Notes under the pieces: generated by a model
What the model saw: the letters and a program-made list of their open reading frames with translations, nothing else
What the model was told of the DNA's origin: nothing
Database searches by the model: none
Made by a program: the position numbers and the translations under genes
Shown: in pieces, positions 35,915-43,196 of the stretch
Position numbering within the stretch: position 1 is the stretch's first letter
Layout of the letters: each line of letters begins with the position of its first letter
Origin: Patescibacteria group bacterium
GTDB taxonomy: Bacteria > Patescibacteriota > Patescibacteriia > GCA-002772895
DNA length: 45,410 bases
Direction: 5' to 3'
Assembly: GCA_018895765.1 (NCBI GenBank)
Contig: JAHINX010000019.1
Span: forward strand, 1 to 45,410

Positions 35915-36982
35915 ATGAAAAATAAGATAGATATAAAATTAGCAGTTAGCTTTTGTTTATTTTGTTTGATAGCTTTAACGGCTGTAAGCCTTGTTTTATG
36001 GCAAGGTCTCCGGCCGTTTTTTGTTTCTGAAAAAATTAGCATTATTCTTTCTGAAAAGCCAAAAGCTTGCGCTCTGTATCGCTTGCTTGATGGAGTCTGT
36101 TTAGGAGATGGAGAGACGGAAAAATATCCGATTGCGGTTATGATAGATAATAAATATGAAGCCAGGCCATGGTCCGGACTTTCTTTTGCCGGACTTGTTT
36201 ATGAAGCGCCGGTTGAAGGCGGAATAACAAGATTTTTGGCAGTATTCTCTACTGATCGGACGATAGATAAAATAGGGCCTGTAAGAAGTGTGCGCCCATA
36301 TTTTATTGATTGGGCGATGGATATCGGTGCAATGCTTTTTCATGTCGGCGGTTCTCCGGAAGCGCTTGGTATTATAAATGGAGACGCCGATATTAAGCAA
36401 TTTGATTTGGATCAGTATTTTGGCGGGGTTTATTATTGGAGAAGCGAAGATAGGATTGCTCCGCATAATGTTTATACCTCAAGTGAACGTTTGGATAAAG
36501 CGAGAGTTGCAAAACTTTCCGAAGAACCGACAGTTGATTTTGCTTCTTGGCAGTTTAAAGAAGACGTTTATGAATCGGAAAGAGGAGAGGACGGCGCGAC
36601 AATTAAAATAGAGTTCAGCAACTCCAGCACTTATGATGCGGATTGGACGTATGACAGAAATAAAAATATTTATATTAGGCAGGATGGCGAATTAGCCGCG
36701 CAGGATTTGGACGGCTCGCTTATTATTGCAAAAAATATAGCTGTGCTTGAAGCCGATATTTTGATTATTGATTCAATGAGCCGCAGAAAAATTACAACAA
36801 TAGGGAGTGGATATGCGTTGATTTTTCAGGATGGAAAAAAAATAGAAGCGGTTTGGGAGAAGGATGATAGATGGAACAGGCTCCGTTTTTATGACAAAAA
36901 CGGAGATGAAATAAGATTTAACCGTGGAACAACCTGGGTAGAAGTAATGTCGGATTTGGAAAAAGTAGTTGGTAGTATGTAG
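35915..36982 (+). CDS. DUF3048-family protein (YerB-like), membrane-anchored
   Basis: N-terminal TM helix, with YPIAVMIDN...ARPWSGLSFAGLVYEAPVEGGITRFLAVF as I recall for DUF3048. Confidence 0.65.
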   Translation: MKNKIDIKLAVSFCLFCLIALTAVSLVLWQGLRPFFVSEKISIILSEKPKACALYRLLDGVCLGDGETEKYPIAVMIDNKYEARPWSGLSFAGLVYEAPVEGGITRFLAVFSTDRTIDKIGPVRSVRPYFIDWAMDIGAMLFHVGGSPEALGIINGDADIKQFDLDQYFGGVYYWRSEDRIAPHNVYTSSERLDKARVAKLSEEPTVDFASWQFKEDVYESERGEDGATIKIEFSNSSTYDADWTYDRNKNIYIRQDGELAAQDLDGSLIIAKNIAVLEADILIIDSMSRRKITTIGSGYALIFQDGKKIEAVWEKDDRWNRLRFYDKNGDEIRFNRGTTWVEVMSDLEKVVGSM

Positions 36983-36989
36983 TAAGTAG
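36966..36989 (+). repeat. GTAGNNN heptamer trailer, TAG x4, including the real stop of the DUF3048 gene
   Basis: TAG at 36966, 36973, 36980 (the stop) and 36987. Confidence 0.88.
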
Positions 36990-37081
36990 TATGGGAAAAA
37001 TGACGTAAAAAGCATCATTTTATTATTGGAAAAATTTATGATTTGTGGTAATGTATTGGTTAGGTAAAAGAGGAGGGCAAA

Positions 37082-37264
37082 GTGACAAAGGAAGATTTCG
37101 CAAAATTAATAAGAGAGGTATTGAAAGATAAGGAGTTATCTGAAAAGCTTTGCGATGAAGTCGGTGTTAGCTTGAGTACACTGGGGAGGTGGTCAAAGGA
37201 TGGGCATAAATTGCCGCAAGCAGTAAGAGACCGAGTAGTAAATTGGTTAAGTAACAAAAAATAA
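37082..37264 (+). CDS. Mini HTH protein (60 aa, Cro/YdaS-like), GTG start
   Basis: VGVSLSTLGRWSKDGHKLP helix-turn-helix pattern. SD AAGAGGAGGG upstream and a terminator downstream. Confidence 0.5.
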   Translation: MTKEDFAKLIREVLKDKELSEKLCDEVGVSLSTLGRWSKDGHKLPQAVRDRVVNWLSNKK

Positions 37265-37288
37265 ATGACGCAATAAAGCGTCATTTTA
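37265..37288 (+). terminator. Rho-independent terminator
   Basis: ATGACGC aataaa GCGTCAT followed by TTT. Confidence 0.7.
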
Positions 37289-37306
37289 TATTATCCATAC
37301 TGCACA

Positions 37307-37323
37307 CTACTTACTACGTACTA
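37307..37323 (-). repeat. GTAGNNN heptamer trailer on the minus strand, including the real prmC stop
   Basis: CTA at 37307, 37314 (the stop) and 37321. About 25 of 30 nt are identical to 17930-17959. Confidence 0.85.
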
Positions 37324-38285
37324 CATTTCATTACTCGCCATTTACCCGAAAGGTCTTTTGTAAATTCTATTTTTTTTGGTTTGAGTATTTTTTGTGCCAG
37401 TTTTTCTATCGCTGGTTTTTGTTTTGCGCCGATTTCTATTATTAATGTAATATTATTAATTTTTATATCGCGGATTTGTTCAAATAATTTTTTGTAAATC
37501 TCTGTGCCGGTTTTTCCTCCGACCAGCGCCCCCTTTGGTTCGTGGCGCTTTACTTCGGGTTGAGCTTTGGTCCATTCTTCTTGGGAGAGGTAGGGGAGAT
37601 TGGCGGTAATTACTATCGGGTTCCCGACTCCCGATAGTTTATTTTTCGAGTTTTTCACAGATTTTTCCGCTAAGCTTAGTATATCAAGAGATGGTTTCTT
37701 AATGTACAGTAAATCACCTTTTTTTATTGTGATTTTTGCGCCGAGCGCGTGGGCATTTTTTTGCGTCAGCGCTATTGCCTTGGGGCTGATTTCTATTGCC
37801 AACACGCGGGTGCGCGGGAATTCTTTTTTCAAAGTGATTGCAATTGCTCCGCTTCCAACCCCTACATCAACTATTTTTAAACTATTGGAAGCCAGGCTTC
37901 CAATAGTTTTTTTTGCGACGTCGATTAGGGTCTCGGTGTCCGGGCGGGGGATGAGGACGGCCGGAGAGACAAAAAAGTTTCGGCTGTAAAATTCTTTTTT
38001 GCCTGTGATGTAGGCGATTGGCTCGCGCTTTCTGCGACGAGCGATAAATTTTTTGTATTTTGCAATTTGCGCGGAAGTTAATTTTTTTTCAGGGTAAGTG
38101 AATAAAAATTCTTTTGGCTTGCCGAGCACAAAGGAAAGCAAAATTTCCGCATCCAAGAAAGCGGTATTAAAGGTCGACTTTAAATACCCCTTTCTTTTTT
38201 CCGTGTTTTTCGTAGTCCCGACAAGTCGGGACGAAGAATCGGTGAGATTTTTTACGCCCCATTTTAGGGCCTCGCTTATTGTCAT
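37314..38285 (-). CDS. prmC: Release-factor glutamine N5-methyltransferase (PrmC/HemK) with two ~22-aa inserts
   Basis: VDVGVGSGAIAI SAM motif and an NLPY variant of NPPY, located upstream of prfA. Confidence 0.88.
   Translation of the reverse strand: MTISEALKWGVKNLTDSSSRLVGTTKNTEKRKGYLKSTFNTAFLDAEILLSFVLGKPKEFLFTYPEKKLTSAQIAKYKKFIARRRKREPIAYITGKKEFYSRNFFVSPAVLIPRPDTETLIDVAKKTIGSLASNSLKIVDVGVGSGAIAITLKKEFPRTRVLAIEISPKAIALTQKNAHALGAKITIKKGDLLYIKKPSLDILSLAEKSVKNSKNKLSGVGNPIVITANLPYLSQEEWTKAQPEVKRHEPKGALVGGKTGTEIYKKLFEQIRDIKINNITLIIEIGAKQKPAIEKLAQKILKPKKIEFTKDLSGKWRVMKCST
37613..37637. repeat. In-frame palindrome CTATCGGG-ttcccgact-CCCGATAG inside prmC
   Basis: Encodes LSGVGNPI. It shares the 10-mer GGTTCCCGAC with 19417-19426. 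Confidence 0.85.
38215..38232. repeat. In-frame palindrome GTCCCGAC-aa-GTCGGGAC inside prmC
   Basis: Encodes SRLVGT. It has the same 8-mer arms as the family C inner arms (19449-19456). Confidence 0.85.
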
Positions 38286-38310
38286 ATACTTTTATCTTAC
38301 GCTATTTCAA

Positions 38311-38347
38311 TAAATAAAAAAATATTCAGAGCCCAACTCTGAATATT
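38311..38347 (-). terminator. Rho-independent terminator after prfA
   Basis: AATATTCAGAG cccaa CTCTGAATATT, 11-bp perfect arms, with a U-run on the minus strand. Confidence 0.7.
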
Positions 38348-38401
38348 AGAAAGAGATGTATTTTGCAAACGGAGAATGCCAGACGTTATTGCAAGATGTC
38401 A

Positions 38402-39418
38402 TTATTTTCCCTCCTGTCTGTCCGCTTCTTTTAGTTTTTCGATAATTGGTTTTATTTCGCCACTTAATATTTTTTCCATATTATGCCAGGATTCTTTGAT
38501 GCGGTGGTCGGTTATTCTGTCCTGTGGATAATTATATGTACGGATTTTTTCGCTTCGGTCGCCAGTTCCGATTTGTGATTTTCTCATTTCTCGCTCTTCT
38601 TTTTTACGCTTTTCTTGTTCTATATCAAATAGTCGCGCGCGCATAATTTCTATTGCGCGTAATTTGTTTTGTTGTTGAGACTTTTGGTCTTGGCATTTTA
38701 CGATGAGTCCTGTTGGAACGTGCGTTAAAATAATTGCGGAATATGTTGTATTAACAGATTGTCCGCCAGGACCTTGTGAGGTTGATGTTTTGATCTCTAA
38801 ATCTTTTGGGTCTATTTTAAATTCTATTTCATCAACTTCCGGTAGTACGGCAACGGTGGCGGCGGAAGTATGGATTCGTCCGCTTTTTTCTGTTTCAGGG
38901 ATTCTTTGAACGCGGTGGACGCCACTTTCATATTTTAGCCAGCCATAAACACCTTCACCATCTATTTTAGCAATTATTTCTTTAAATCCGCCAATTCCAA
39001 TTTGGTTTGAAGACAAAATTTTTACATCCCATCCCATATTTTCGGCAAAATGTGAATACATTCTGAAAAGCTCGGCGCTAAAAAGCGCAGCTTCATCTCC
39101 GCCTGTTCCGGCGCGAATTTCTATGATAATTGATTTTTTATCTAATGGATTTTTTGGGGAAAGACTTTCTTCTATTTCTTTTTTTTCTTTTTCCAGATTT
39201 GGTAGTTCTGACTCTAATTCCGGATCTTTTTTTGCGGTTTCAATATCTACTTCTATCAGTTCTAGCCTTTTCATTAATTCTATAGTTTCTTTTAATTTGG
39301 CATATTCTTTGTTCAATTTTTTAAATTTTTCCGGATTAGAAAAAATAGCCGGTTCTGATAGTTGGCCTTCCAATTCTTTTAACTGTTCTTCGGTTTTAAT
39401 GATTTTTTCTTTATCCAT
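38402..39418 (-). CDS. prfA: Peptide chain release factor 1
   Basis: RIHTSAATVAVLPE and SQGPGGQSVNTT (GGQ). Confidence 0.95.
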   Translation of the reverse strand: MDKEKIIKTEEQLKELEGQLSEPAIFSNPEKFKKLNKEYAKLKETIELMKRLELIEVDIETAKKDPELESELPNLEKEKKEIEESLSPKNPLDKKSIIIEIRAGTGGDEAALFSAELFRMYSHFAENMGWDVKILSSNQIGIGGFKEIIAKIDGEGVYGWLKYESGVHRVQRIPETEKSGRIHTSAATVAVLPEVDEIEFKIDPKDLEIKTSTSQGPGGQSVNTTYSAIILTHVPTGLIVKCQDQKSQQQNKLRAIEIMRARLFDIEQEKRKKEEREMRKSQIGTGDRSEKIRTYNYPQDRITDHRIKESWHNMEKILSGEIKPIIEKLKEADRQEGK

Positions 39419-39433
39419 ATTTATATGATATAC

Positions 39434-39465
39434 AAAATCCGCCTTAATAGAAAGAGGCGGATTTT
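39434..39465 (-). terminator. Rho-independent terminator after rpmE
   Basis: AAAATCCGCC ... GGCGGATTTT. Confidence 0.75.
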
Positions 39466-39482
39466 GTTAAAATTTTATTTAA

Positions 39483-39791
39483 CTATTTTCCAGTTTCTTC
39501 TGTTTTTACTTTTTTTACTTTTTCGGCGCGTCTTTTTACCTGGGCTTTGCGTTTTACAGCTTTGCCTTTTCTGTCTTTTCCAACAGATTCTTTTTTAGCC
39601 ATTTTTTCCTGAAATTTTTCTACACGCCTTGCGGTATCAACTATTTTTTGTTTGCCAGTATAGAACGGGTGGCAACTTGAGCAAAGCTCTGTTTTTATTT
39701 CTGGCTCAGTACTGCCAATAACAAATCCCATGCCACAGGCGCATGTTATTTTTGCATCTTTGTGATAAGTTGGGTGAATGTCTTTTTTCAT
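39483..39791 (-). CDS. rpmE: Ribosomal protein L31 with lysine-rich C-terminal extension
   Basis: [10 protein letters not shown]...[13 protein letters not shown]. Confidence 0.93.
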   Translation of the reverse strand: MKKDIHPTYHKDAKITCACGMGFVIGSTEPEIKTELCSSCHPFYTGKQKIVDTARRVEKFQEKMAKKESVGKDRKGKAVKRKAQVKRRAEKVKKVKTEETGK

Positions 39792-39845
39792 AAAAATTAA
39801 CTTTAAACTTTTATCTTTGTTAGCTTTTTAAAGCTGTATAAAAAT

Positions 39846-39874
39846 ATATTATCATATACTTGACAAATTGTCAA
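39846..39874 (-). promoter_or_regulatory. Promoter TTGACA-17-TAATAT (TGa) for rpmE, interleaved with the opposite-strand promoter
   Basis: The reverse complement reads TTGACAatttgtcaagtatatgaTAATAT. Confidence 0.55.
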
Positions 39875-39888
39875 TATTGTGCTATATT
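39860..39888 (+). promoter_or_regulatory. Promoter TTGACA-17-TATATT (TGc) for the 39909 ORF
   Basis: cTTGACAaattgtcaatattgtgcTATATT. Confidence 0.6.
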
Positions 39889-39908
39889 ATGAGCAAATAG
39901 GAGGTGAG

Positions 39909-40289
39909 ATGACAAATTTTTTGCTTTTTTTAATCATTTGCTTTGTTTTTGTGATATTTGTGATGCAATTTGCATCTTTGCTTGGTCAGGCAAAGAAAAA
40001 CGCTGAGGAAAAAAAGCAAGTACAGATCGTCCAAGAATCATTTCGTAATAGCATCCACATAGTTGAAGAGCGGGAGGAGTATTGCACTAGAGCTACTTAT
40101 TCTTATGTTATGAGGGACGATAGTCCAATAGTTACTTATCTTGTTTATAATGATGGGCCAGAGCGTATTTCCCTTTCTACAAACAAGGGCAAAAGCGCGC
40201 GGTTGAATGTTTACGGAATAGACCAAATTAAGCTTTTGGGAGCGGCAATCCAGCATCAGAAAGGATCGCTTTTCGATAGAGGCGTGTAG
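39909..40289 (+). CDS. Hypothetical membrane-anchored protein (126 aa)
   Basis: ATG 39909 is preceded by TAGGAGGTGAG. TM helix FLLFLIICFVFVIFVM. Confidence 0.5.
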   Translation: MTNFLLFLIICFVFVIFVMQFASLLGQAKKNAEEKKQVQIVQESFRNSIHIVEEREEYCTRATYSYVMRDDSPIVTYLVYNDGPERISLSTNKGKSARLNVYGIDQIKLLGAAIQHQKGSLFDRGV

Positions 40290-40303
40290 GTGTATATATT
40301 TTT

Positions 40304-40335
40304 AGCGCCCCGAAGTACTCCGGGGCGCTTTTTTT
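40304..40335 (+). terminator. Rho-independent terminator
   Basis: AGCGCCCCG aagtactc CGGGGCGCT followed by TTTTTTT. Confidence 0.85.
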
Positions 40336-40354
40336 GTCTAAAATAACTATCGGG

Positions 40355-40383
40355 TTGACAAATATTTACAAATATGATAATTT
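40355..40383 (+). promoter_or_regulatory. Promoter TTGACA-17-TAATTT (TGa) for rpsB-tsf
   Basis: gTTGACAaatatttacaaatatgaTAATTT. Confidence 0.55.
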
Positions 40384-40424
40384 ATTATAAAATTGTAATA
40401 ACTAATCCCACACATCTTGCGTCT

Positions 40425-40450
40425 CCTTAAATCGCATGAGAAATTTAAGG
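40425..40450 (+). promoter_or_regulatory. Hairpin in the ~95-nt rpsB leader
   Basis: CCTTAAAT cgcatgagaa ATTTAAGG, 28 nt before the ATG. Confidence 0.35.
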
Positions 40451-40478
40451 GCAACCGGCAGGGTGGAGGTCAAATAAT

Positions 40479-41264
40479 ATGGCAAATCTTCCAGCTTTAT
40501 TGGAAATGCTAAAAGCAGGCGCCCACTTTGGGCACCGAACATCAAAATGGCATCCTAATATGGAGCCATTCATTTTTACGGACAGAAACGGAGTCCACAT
40601 CATTAACCTGGAAAAAACTCAGGAACAGCTTGAAAAAGCTGGAGAGTTTTTGAAAAATCTAGGAATGGAAGGCGGGACTCTTCTTTTTGTTGGAACGAAA
40701 AAGCAAGCGCAAGATATAGTTTGCGAAGCGGCGGCAAAATGCGAAATGCCCTATGTAAAAGAACGTTGGATTGGCGGAACTCTGACAAATTTTCCAACAA
40801 TCAAAAAAAGAATTGATCATTTTGTGGATTTGGAAAATAAGCAAAAATCCGGCGGATTGGAAAAATATACCAAAAAAGAACAAAACGAATTTGGCAAAGA
40901 GATAGAAGGATTGAGAAGAAGAATTGGTGGGCTTGTAAAGCTTCCCAAGCTTCCTGACGCAATATTTATTCTTGATGTAAAAACAGAGAAAACAGCTCTG
41001 CGCGAAGCCAAGAAAAAAAATATACCAATTGTTGCCGTTTGTGATACTAATGTAAATCCTGATGGAATCAAATATCCAATTCCCGCCAATGATGATGCTT
41101 TGAAATCAATAAAAATTATTGTAGAATATATTGCAGAAGCATTTAAAGAAGGAAAAGATTTGGCTCCGGCAAAAGCGCAGATGAAAAAAATTCAGGAAGA
41201 AAAGAAAAAGGAATCAGAGGTTAAGAATAAGGAATTAGGGGAGGAAAAGAAGGAAGAAAAATAA
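40479..41264 (+). CDS. rpsB: Ribosomal protein S2
   Basis: LLEMLKAGAHFGHRTSKWHPNM... It is one of the few core genes with a GGAGG SD. Confidence 0.96.
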   Translation: MANLPALLEMLKAGAHFGHRTSKWHPNMEPFIFTDRNGVHIINLEKTQEQLEKAGEFLKNLGMEGGTLLFVGTKKQAQDIVCEAAAKCEMPYVKERWIGGTLTNFPTIKKRIDHFVDLENKQKSGGLEKYTKKEQNEFGKEIEGLRRRIGGLVKLPKLPDAIFILDVKTEKTALREAKKKNIPIVAVCDTNVNPDGIKYPIPANDDALKSIKIIVEYIAEAFKEGKDLAPAKAQMKKIQEEKKKESEVKNKELGEEKKEEK

Positions 41265-41267
41265 GTG

Positions 41268-41298
41268 TAACTTGTAACTTGTAACTTGTAACTCGTAA
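41268..41298 (+). repeat. Heptamer stop-codon array (TAACTTG)x5
   Basis: TAA at 41268, 41275, 41282, 41289 and 41296, following the rpsB stop at 41262. Confidence 0.92.
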
Positions 41299-41331
41299 AA
41301 TGTGTTGCTTCATAACATGTAATTAAAAATA

Positions 41332-41364
41332 ATTACGAATTACGGATTACAGATTACGGATTAC
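41332..41364 (-). repeat. Heptamer array (ATTACNN)x5 giving TAA x5 on the minus strand
   Basis: TTA at 41333, 41340, 41347, 41354 and 41361. Confidence 0.9.
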
Positions 41365-41372
41365 TTTTTGAT

Positions 41373-41954
41373 ATGGACACATCGATAATTACAAAACTTC
41401 GCCAGATGACCGGGTGTGGAATGATGGATTGCAAAAATGTACTTGAAGAAGTGGATGGTGATTTGGAAAAAGCCGTAGAGGTGCTTCGCAAAAAGGGGAT
41501 TGCAAAAGCAACTAAACGAGGAGAACGCGAAACTCGCGAAGGGCTTGTTGTAAGCTATATTCATTCAAATAATAGAATTGGCGTTTTGCTGGAGCTTTTA
41601 TCAGAAACGGATTTTGTAGCAATGAATAGTGGGTTCCGCGAACTTGCAAATGATATTGCAATGCATATTGCGGCAATGAATCCCGTATATTTATCCGAGA
41701 CAGATGTTCCGGAAGATGTTTTAAATAAAGAAAGAGAGATTTATGCCGAAGAGTTTGAAGGTGCGGGTAAATCGCAGGAAGTTGTGGATAAAATCGTTGA
41801 AGGAAAAATGGTAAAATTTTATGAAGAAAATTGCCTTTTGAATCAAAGATTTATAAAAGATGAAGATGTAACTATAGATGAATTGGTAAAAGGAAAAGTT
41901 GGTGTAATTGGAGAAAATATCCAGATTGGGAGATTTTCTAGATTTGAAATCTAG
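41373..41954 (+). CDS. tsf: Elongation factor Ts (short form)
   Basis: LRQMTGCGMMDCKNVLEE UBA-like N-terminus, immediately after rpsB. Confidence 0.93.
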   Translation: MDTSIITKLRQMTGCGMMDCKNVLEEVDGDLEKAVEVLRKKGIAKATKRGERETREGLVVSYIHSNNRIGVLLELLSETDFVAMNSGFRELANDIAMHIAAMNPVYLSETDVPEDVLNKEREIYAEEFEGAGKSQEVVDKIVEGKMVKFYEENCLLNQRFIKDEDVTIDELVKGKVGVIGENIQIGRFSRFEI

Positions 41955-41994
41955 TAACACAGATTTTTAAAACAATAATAATATAGATATCATT

Positions 41995-42020
41995 AAAAGG
42001 CCATCTGCGGGTGGTCTTTT
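41995..42020 (+). terminator. Rho-independent terminator after tsf
   Basis: AAAAGGCCATC tgcg GGTGGTCTTTT (two G-U pairs). Confidence 0.6.
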
Positions 42021-42046
42021 AAAATATTTGCATGATATACTAGTTT

Positions 42047-42071
42047 ATGTGCAGAATCCAATCTCGCACAT
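42047..42071 (+). repeat. REP hairpin copy 1 (ATGTGCAGAATCCAATCTCGCACAT)
   Basis: Lies 24 nt upstream of the RAYT start, with ATGTGC/GCACAT arms. Confidence 0.85.
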
Positions 42072-42094
42072 AATAAAAATTAATAAAAAGTTTT

Positions 42095-42781
42095 ATGATT
42101 AGACCAACACTATCAGTGAATGACCATGCACATATTTATAATAGAGGAGTAGATAAGCGTATTGTTTTTAATGAAAACGCGGACTACGCGAGATTTGTTC
42201 ATACGTTGTATATATGTAACGATACAGAGTTTACTGTGAAGAATTTAAATCGAATGATTGAAAATGTGCAGAATCCAATCTTGCACATCGGAGAACGAAC
42301 CGGTGAGAGATTTGTAGATATTTTATGTTTTACGTTAATGCCGAATCATTTTCATCTTTTATTAAGACAAAATATTGATAAGGGGATATCCAAGTTTATG
42401 CATAAAATTGGTATTGCTTATACATTATACTTTAATTTAAAAAATGAACGAACGGGGTCTTTGTTTGAGGGCAAGTATAAATATAAAATTGTAAATAATG
42501 AGCAGTATTTGGTTTATTTATCCCAGTATATTCATTTAAATCCAATAAAAATTATAGAGCCGAAGTGGAAAGAGAAGGGGATAACTAATTGGAAACAGGC
42601 CAATGATTTTTTGGAAATGTATAAGTGGTCGAGTTATCAAGATTATATTGGTATTAAAAACCTTCCGTCGGTTATTAATCCGGGATTATTGGGAGAATAT
42701 TATGAAAAACCAGAGAAGTATAAAAAATTTGTAAATAGTTATTTGGTTGAAGATCTAGATAAGATTATAAATCTATCATAA
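42095..42781 (+). CDS. REP-associated tyrosine transposase (RAYT, IS200/IS605-like Y1 HUH enzyme)
   Basis: HUH motif MPNHFHLLL and catalytic-Tyr motif YIHLNPIK, flanked by REP copies. Confidence 0.85.
   Translation: MIRPTLSVNDHAHIYNRGVDKRIVFNENADYARFVHTLYICNDTEFTVKNLNRMIENVQNPILHIGERTGERFVDILCFTLMPNHFHLLLRQNIDKGISKFMHKIGIAYTLYFNLKNERTGSLFEGKYKYKIVNNEQYLVYLSQYIHLNPIKIIEPKWKEKGITNWKQANDFLEMYKWSSYQDYIGIKNLPSVINPGLLGEYYEKPEKYKKFVNSYLVEDLDKIINLS
42264..42288 (+). repeat. REP copy 2, inside the RAYT coding sequence (1 mismatch)
   Basis: ATGTGCAGAATCCAATCTTGCACAT encodes NVQNPILHI. Confidence 0.85.
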
Positions 42782-42805
42782 TGTGCAGAATCCAATCTCG
42801 CACAT
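42781..42805 (+). repeat. REP copy 3, starting at the last base of the RAYT stop
   Basis: Identical 25-mer. Confidence 0.9.
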
Positions 42806-42836
42806 TATGTATTTATTTTTTTGTTATTGCCTTCTC

Positions 42837-42861
42837 GTGTGCGAGATTGGATTCTGCACAT
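42837..42861 (-). repeat. REP copy 4, inverted (24 of 25)
   Basis: GTGTGCGAGATTGGATTCTGCACAT. It forms an inverted doublet with copy 3. Confidence 0.88.
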
Positions 42862-42883
42862 AGGAAGGGATGTAAGAAGTTAT

Positions 42884-42918
42884 AAAAAAGACCACCCGTG
42901 ATTTTGGGTGGTTTTTTG
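42884..42918. terminator. Bidirectional terminator
   Basis: AAAAAAGACCACCC gtgatttt GGGTGGTTTTTT. Confidence 0.75.
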
Positions 42919-42920
42919 GT

Positions 42921-43196
42921 TTATTCCTTGATGGCTTGTGAATTTAGTTCGATTGTGAGCGCGTATTTGACGCGCCTTTTGATATATCTAACTGCTTTTA
43001 TTTGTTGATATGGCGAAGGAAGTTGAATTTTTTCTTTCCAGGCAAGAATTTCTCTTTGGGTTGCCTGAAGGCCATAAGCTAATTCGATTTCATTTCCGTC
43101 CCTAAGCTTTAAAAATCCTGTAACTATTTTTGCAAATGTTTCTGTATCACCGGCAGTATAATTTTCACAAAGAACGATGAGCTCCTCTTTTGTCAT
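42921..43196 (-). CDS. Small HTH-like protein (91 aa), distant paralog of the 37082 ORF
   Basis: GLQATQREILAWKEKIQLP parallels GVSLSTLGRWSKDGHKLP. The ATGA start overlaps the upstream ORF. Confidence 0.5.
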   Translation of the reverse strand: MTKEELIVLCENYTAGDTETFAKIVTGFLKLRDGNEIELAYGLQATQREILAWKEKIQLPSPYQQIKAVRYIKRRVKYALTIELNSQAIKE

